NCBI GenBank assembly: GCA_002842095.1
Contig: PHCB01000008.1
Coordinates: 209,231-273,230 of the forward strand
Length of the DNA stretch: 64,000 nucleotides
Source of the DNA: a candidate division BRC1 bacterium HGW-BRC1-1
GTDB taxonomy: Bacteria > Sumerlaeota > Sumerlaeia > Sumerlaeales > Sumerlaeaceae
Direction of reading: 5' to 3'
The notes under the pieces are model-generated. The model was given only the letters and a program-made list of their open reading frames with translations, was not told where the DNA came from and searched no databases. Position 1 is the stretch's first letter; each line of letters begins with the position of its first letter. The position numbers and the translations under genes were made by a program. Of this stretch, positions 60,119 through 64,000 are shown one piece after another.

Positions 60119-61387
60119 TCAGGCCGCGCCACGGGCGCGGATAAACTCTTCAAACTCGCCACGGAATTTTTCCAGTGCGCTGAGAAATGGTCCCTGTGCT
60201 CCGGGTGCGAAGGCACAGAAGGTGTGGGAAAGCCAACGACCTGCCTCAGCCATCAATTCCATGTCGCCTTCCTTCCCCTCGCGCTGGGTAATGGCGTTAA
60301 CCATGTTCCAAATCCAGGGAATACCTTCGCGACAGGGCGTGCAGAAACCGCAGGATTCGCGCCTGTAAAAACGCATAATATTTTCCGTGGCTTCAACCAT
60401 GTTATCACCCTGATCGAAAACGATGATGCAGGCGGTTCCCAAGCGTGACCCGGCCTTGGCAACGGAATCGAAATCCATGAGCGTATCGAATTCATCAGGC
60501 ACGAGCAGGGGAGTGGACAAACCTCCGGGGATGACGGCCTTGATGTCCTGACCCGAGCGGGCGGGTCCACCAGCGTAGTCATAAATCAGCTCTCGCAGCG
60601 ATACACCGAGGGGTAATTCCCACAATCTGGGGTTCTTAACGCGTCCACTGGCGCCCATGATTTTGGTACCGGCGCTGGTTTCTGTACCCATTTTTTTGTA
60701 CCACTCGGCACCGTGGGCCAGAATGTGAGGGAGGTTCCCGAAAGTCTCCACGTTATTAACAATAGTGGGTTGACCGAGGAATCCTTTAATCTGGGGAAAA
60801 GGCGGCTTGCTGCGAGGGTTCGCGCGTAGGCCTTCAAGAGAATTGAGAAGAGCTGTTTCCTCGCCGCAGATGTAGCGGCCTGCGCTGAGGTGGGTTTCGA
60901 GATGGAAATCGAAACCGCTGCCTTGAATGTTTTTTCCCAACCACCCGTTCTTGCGGGCCTCTTCCAAGGCTGCATCCACGAGCGCTGCACCCTTGCGGTA
61001 TTCCCAGCGGATGAAAATGTAACCAACGGTCATCTGCATGGCATAGGCTGCAATGAGCATGCCCTCGATCAACTGGTGAGGGTCACCGTAGAGCAGCGCG
61101 CGATCTTTGAATGTGCCCGGCTCCATCTCGTCGCAGTTGCAGACGAGGTATTTCTGGCCGGTAAAGTTCATGGGTACGAAGGACCACTTGAGGCCGGTGG
61201 GGAAACCCGCCCCGCCGCGACCGCGCAGATTGCTGTCTTTCACAATCTGCTGCACTTCCTGGGGTTGTTTCGCGAAAGCGGCTTTGGCACCTTCGTAACC
61301 GCCGTTGTCCATATATCGCTGGTAATCGCAAGGAGCGCCCACGTTGGCCAGATCGATGTTTTTGGTCAGAACTTTAACCTGAGCCAT
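60119..61387 (-). CDS. nuoF: NADH-quinone oxidoreductase subunit F
   Basis: LRGRGGAGFPTG, DEMEPG, YICGEETAL, ESCGFCTPCREG. Confidence 0.97.
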   Translation of the reverse strand: MAQVKVLTKNIDLANVGAPCDYQRYMDNGGYEGAKAAFAKQPQEVQQIVKDSNLRGRGGAGFPTGLKWSFVPMNFTGQKYLVCNCDEMEPGTFKDRALLYGDPHQLIEGMLIAAYAMQMTVGYIFIRWEYRKGAALVDAALEEARKNGWLGKNIQGSGFDFHLETHLSAGRYICGEETALLNSLEGLRANPRSKPPFPQIKGFLGQPTIVNNVETFGNLPHILAHGAEWYKKMGTETSAGTKIMGASGRVKNPRLWELPLGVSLRELIYDYAGGPARSGQDIKAVIPGGLSTPLLVPDEFDTLMDFDSVAKAGSRLGTACIIVFDQGDNMVEATENIMRFYRRESCGFCTPCREGIPWIWNMVNAITQREGKEGDMELMAEAGRWLSHTFCAFAPGAQGPFLSALEKFRGEFEEFIRARGAA

Positions 61388-61878
61388 CAGGACTCTCCCT
61401 TCGCGGATTCAGCTGAGAGTTGCTCGAGGATCTCGTCAAGCTTCTCGGGGGTTACTCGATTGTAGGTTTCTTCGTCAATCATGATGCTCGGGGCCTGATC
61501 GCAATTGCCCAGACACACCACGGGCAACAGCGTGTACTCGCCGTCGGCCGTGGTTTCACCCATGCCGATGCCCAGACGCTTTTTGAAATGCTCGACCAGC
61601 CGGTCACATCCGCACAGATGGCATGAGATGGAGTCGCAAACGACAATAATGCGGCGGCCCACCGGTTCGCGAAAGAACCAGTTGTAGAAGGTAGCCACGC
61701 CCTCAACCTCAGGCTCTGGAATTCCCACAATTTCAGCCGCCTCGGCAATAGCTTCGTCGGGAAGCCAGCCACCGTAATGCTTCTGCAGTTTGTGCATAAC
61801 GGTGATAAGGCCCACGCGTTCCGAGGGATAGTGTTTGACGTATTCCGTCAGTTCGGTTTTCAGGGTTTGGGGTATCAT
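61387..61878 (-). CDS. nuoE: NADH-quinone oxidoreductase subunit E
   Basis: VATFY, CDSISC, CLGNC; start placed at MIPQT. Confidence 0.95.
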   Translation of the reverse strand: MIPQTLKTELTEYVKHYPSERVGLITVMHKLQKHYGGWLPDEAIAEAAEIVGIPEPEVEGVATFYNWFFREPVGRRIIVVCDSISCHLCGCDRLVEHFKKRLGIGMGETTADGEYTLLPVVCLGNCDQAPSIMIDEETYNRVTPEKLDEILEQLSAESAKGES

Positions 61879-61879
61879 G

Positions 61880-63643
61880 TTACCTGTCGATGTCCGCGAG
61901 AACGAAGTCCATGGCGGCGATGTTTGCAAGCAAGTCACTTAAAAGATGGCCTTCACTCAAGGCCGGCAAAGTTTGCATGTGGGCGAAGCTTGGTGCCCGA
62001 ACTCGCAAGCGGTAGGGCGATGTGCGTCCGTCGCTTACCACATGGTAACCAATCACGCCCTTCGGTCCCTCCACCATCCCGAGGCTTTCACCAGCGGGCA
62101 GATCAAGTCCCCATCCAACTGCCAGGAAGTGATTGATGAGGGTTTCGATATCCATCATCGTCTCGGCCTTCTTGGGAGGGAAGGCGTAGCGGTTGTCGCG
62201 GGAGATGTAATCGCCCTCGGGCATCAGATCGATGCACTGGCGAATGATGCGAGCGCTTTGTTCCATCTCGGCGTGACGCACCATGGCTCGTGACCAGCAG
62301 TCGCCGCCCGTATCCGATGGGATGTCGAACTCGAACTGTTCGTATCCAGAGTATGGGTTAGTCTTGCGAAGGTCGAGTTTGCTGCCGCTGCCGCGCAGGT
62401 TCGGTCCCGTGACGCCCCATTCCAGACATTCTTCCTCGCTCATCACGCCCACTTGTTTGGTGCGGGATTTGAAGATCGGATTCTGAATGAGGAGCTGATC
62501 ATATTCGGTCAGCGCCTTGTCGAAATCCTTCAGGAAGAATTTGAGAGGCTCGCGCCATCCCGGTGGCAGGTCCATGCTCATGCCGCCGATGCGAAGAAAG
62601 TTCGGGTGCATGCGGCCCCCCGTGATCATCTCTGAGATTTTGAAGAGATGCTCGCGCTCGCGGAAGGTGTAGAAGACGGGTGTCATGGCGCCCACGTCGT
62701 GGCCGAGGGTGCCGAGCCAAACCAGATGGTTACAGATGCGATAAAGCTCCGCAAGCAGCACGCGGGCCATTTGCGCACGAGCCGGTACTTCGACGCCGGC
62801 CAGTTTTTCGCAGGCCATCACGTAGGGCATTTCGTTGTTCGTGCCACCGAGATAGTCCACGCGGTCGCAATAGGGGATGTACGTGTGGAAGGTCTGGCGT
62901 TCGGCCATCTTTTCAGCACCGCGATGGTGGTAACCAATGACCGGCAGAACCTTCTCCATGTACTCACCGTTGAGGGTGAGAACGACTCGCAACACTCCGT
63001 GGGTACCGGGGTGGTTGGGGCCCAGGTTAATGACCATCAGTTCCTCGCCGGTGTCGCTCACGCGACGCATCACCGAGTCACCCGATGCATTGAAGTTTTC
63101 GTACCCCTCAAAATCTTCCAACATGTTGGGAGTGACCACGAGGGGAGCCATTTCGGTGGCGCGGTTGGCGTGGTCCTTGCGCAGTGGGAAACCTTCCCAC
63201 CATTCGGGCATAAGAATGCGCCGCAGGTAGGGATGGCCCTCAAAAGAAATCCCGAACATGTCGTAGACTTCCCGCTCGTACCAATTGGCGTTTTTGTAAA
63301 CTCCCTCAACCGTCGGAAGTTTGAGGGTCTCGTCGTCTACGGGGACCTTTATGAGGATACGATCATCCTTGGAAGGATTCCAAACTGTATACTGGGCCGT
63401 AAACCGATGGGTCGCCTTATCAGGCCTGTTGACCATCTGAGACTCGTCGATGGCGGTGAGGTCAAAGAGGACGGGGAATGGTCGCTCCGCGTCCGTTTTG
63501 AGGGCTTGCAGTTCGTCGACAAGTTTGTCCGCCGCTATGGTTCGGACCTCGGCGACTCCGTGGTAACCGCTGAAGCCGCCCTTGAGGTGCTCGTTGTCCT
63601 TTGATTCCCACAGGGGTTTGGCCACATTGCGTGAGAATTTCAT
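61880..63643 (-). CDS. nuoCD: NADH-quinone oxidoreductase subunit C/D (fused)
   Basis: [23 protein letters not shown] (C) fused to [29 protein letters not shown] (D). Confidence 0.96.
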   Translation of the reverse strand: MKFSRNVAKPLWESKDNEHLKGGFSGYHGVAEVRTIAADKLVDELQALKTDAERPFPVLFDLTAIDESQMVNRPDKATHRFTAQYTVWNPSKDDRILIKVPVDDETLKLPTVEGVYKNANWYEREVYDMFGISFEGHPYLRRILMPEWWEGFPLRKDHANRATEMAPLVVTPNMLEDFEGYENFNASGDSVMRRVSDTGEELMVINLGPNHPGTHGVLRVVLTLNGEYMEKVLPVIGYHHRGAEKMAERQTFHTYIPYCDRVDYLGGTNNEMPYVMACEKLAGVEVPARAQMARVLLAELYRICNHLVWLGTLGHDVGAMTPVFYTFREREHLFKISEMITGGRMHPNFLRIGGMSMDLPPGWREPLKFFLKDFDKALTEYDQLLIQNPIFKSRTKQVGVMSEEECLEWGVTGPNLRGSGSKLDLRKTNPYSGYEQFEFDIPSDTGGDCWSRAMVRHAEMEQSARIIRQCIDLMPEGDYISRDNRYAFPPKKAETMMDIETLINHFLAVGWGLDLPAGESLGMVEGPKGVIGYHVVSDGRTSPYRLRVRAPSFAHMQTLPALSEGHLLSDLLANIAAMDFVLADIDR

Positions 63644-64000
63644 TGCGGCCCTCTTACCTTCGGAATCGCAGGGAAGGTTTCCACTCCAGCGGAGTGCAGA
63701 CCGGGATATTTATCATCCAATTTGATGCCCAAGGGTCGCTGCGTTGAATTCTGAACAGCATCCTGTAAAAGCATCAGTCCCTCAAGAAATGCCTCGGGTC
63801 GTGGCGGGCAACCGGGAATGTAGACATCGACAGGAAGCAGGGTGTCAACACCCTGAACCACGCTATAGATATCGTACATTCCACCGGAATTGGAGCAAGA
63901 ACCCATGGAGATAACCCATTTGGGTTCCATGAGTTGTTCGTACAGCCTCACGATGCTTGGGACCATTTTTTTAAAGACAGTCCCTGCAATCACCATGAGA
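63640..64000 (-). CDS. nuoB: NADH-quinone oxidoreductase subunit B, truncated by the window edge
   Basis: [30 protein letters not shown]. Confidence 0.95.
   Translation of the reverse strand, partial: LMVIAGTVFKKMVPSIVRLYEQLMEPKWVISMGSCSNSGGMYDIYSVVQGVDTLLPVDVYIPGCPPRPEAFLEGLMLLQDAVQNSTQRPLGIKLDDKYPGLHSAGVETFPAIPKVRGPQ

Overview
A GC-rich diderm bacterial chromosome segment made mostly of core genes. The taxonomy is uncertain; Candidatus Sumerlaeota/BRC1 is only a tentative guess. From left to right: a PrpB/ICL-family lyase and a homoisocitrate-dehydrogenase-like gene sit divergent from a clear BioU homologue, followed by a LuxC-like acyl-CoA reductase, ribE-ribBA and ribF. Next come a cobalamin riboswitch in front of an orphan secreted protein ending in SSVSDWALY, several envelope and hypothetical genes, eno, tRNA-Leu(GAG), thpR, PBP1A, recN, thrS and tRNA-Arg(ACG). 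A type IV pilus region follows: PilV/PilW/PilX-like minor pilins, an interposed GH3 beta-glucosidase, and two tandem ~91%-identical pilC copies whose flanking hairpins show compensatory changes and are separated by an 11-bp tandem array. After that are lptC, an lptA fragment, lptA, an epimerase, a kinase/sigma54 regulator pair, and an E. coli-type complex I operon (nuoB partial, CD fused, E-N). No transposase, integrase, CRISPR array or rRNA gene was seen. The best leads are the B12-riboswitch-controlled secreted protein with a possible C-terminal sorting tag, the BioU neighbourhood, the pilC duplication with conserved RNA structures, and the out-of-frame lptA-like segment behind lptC.
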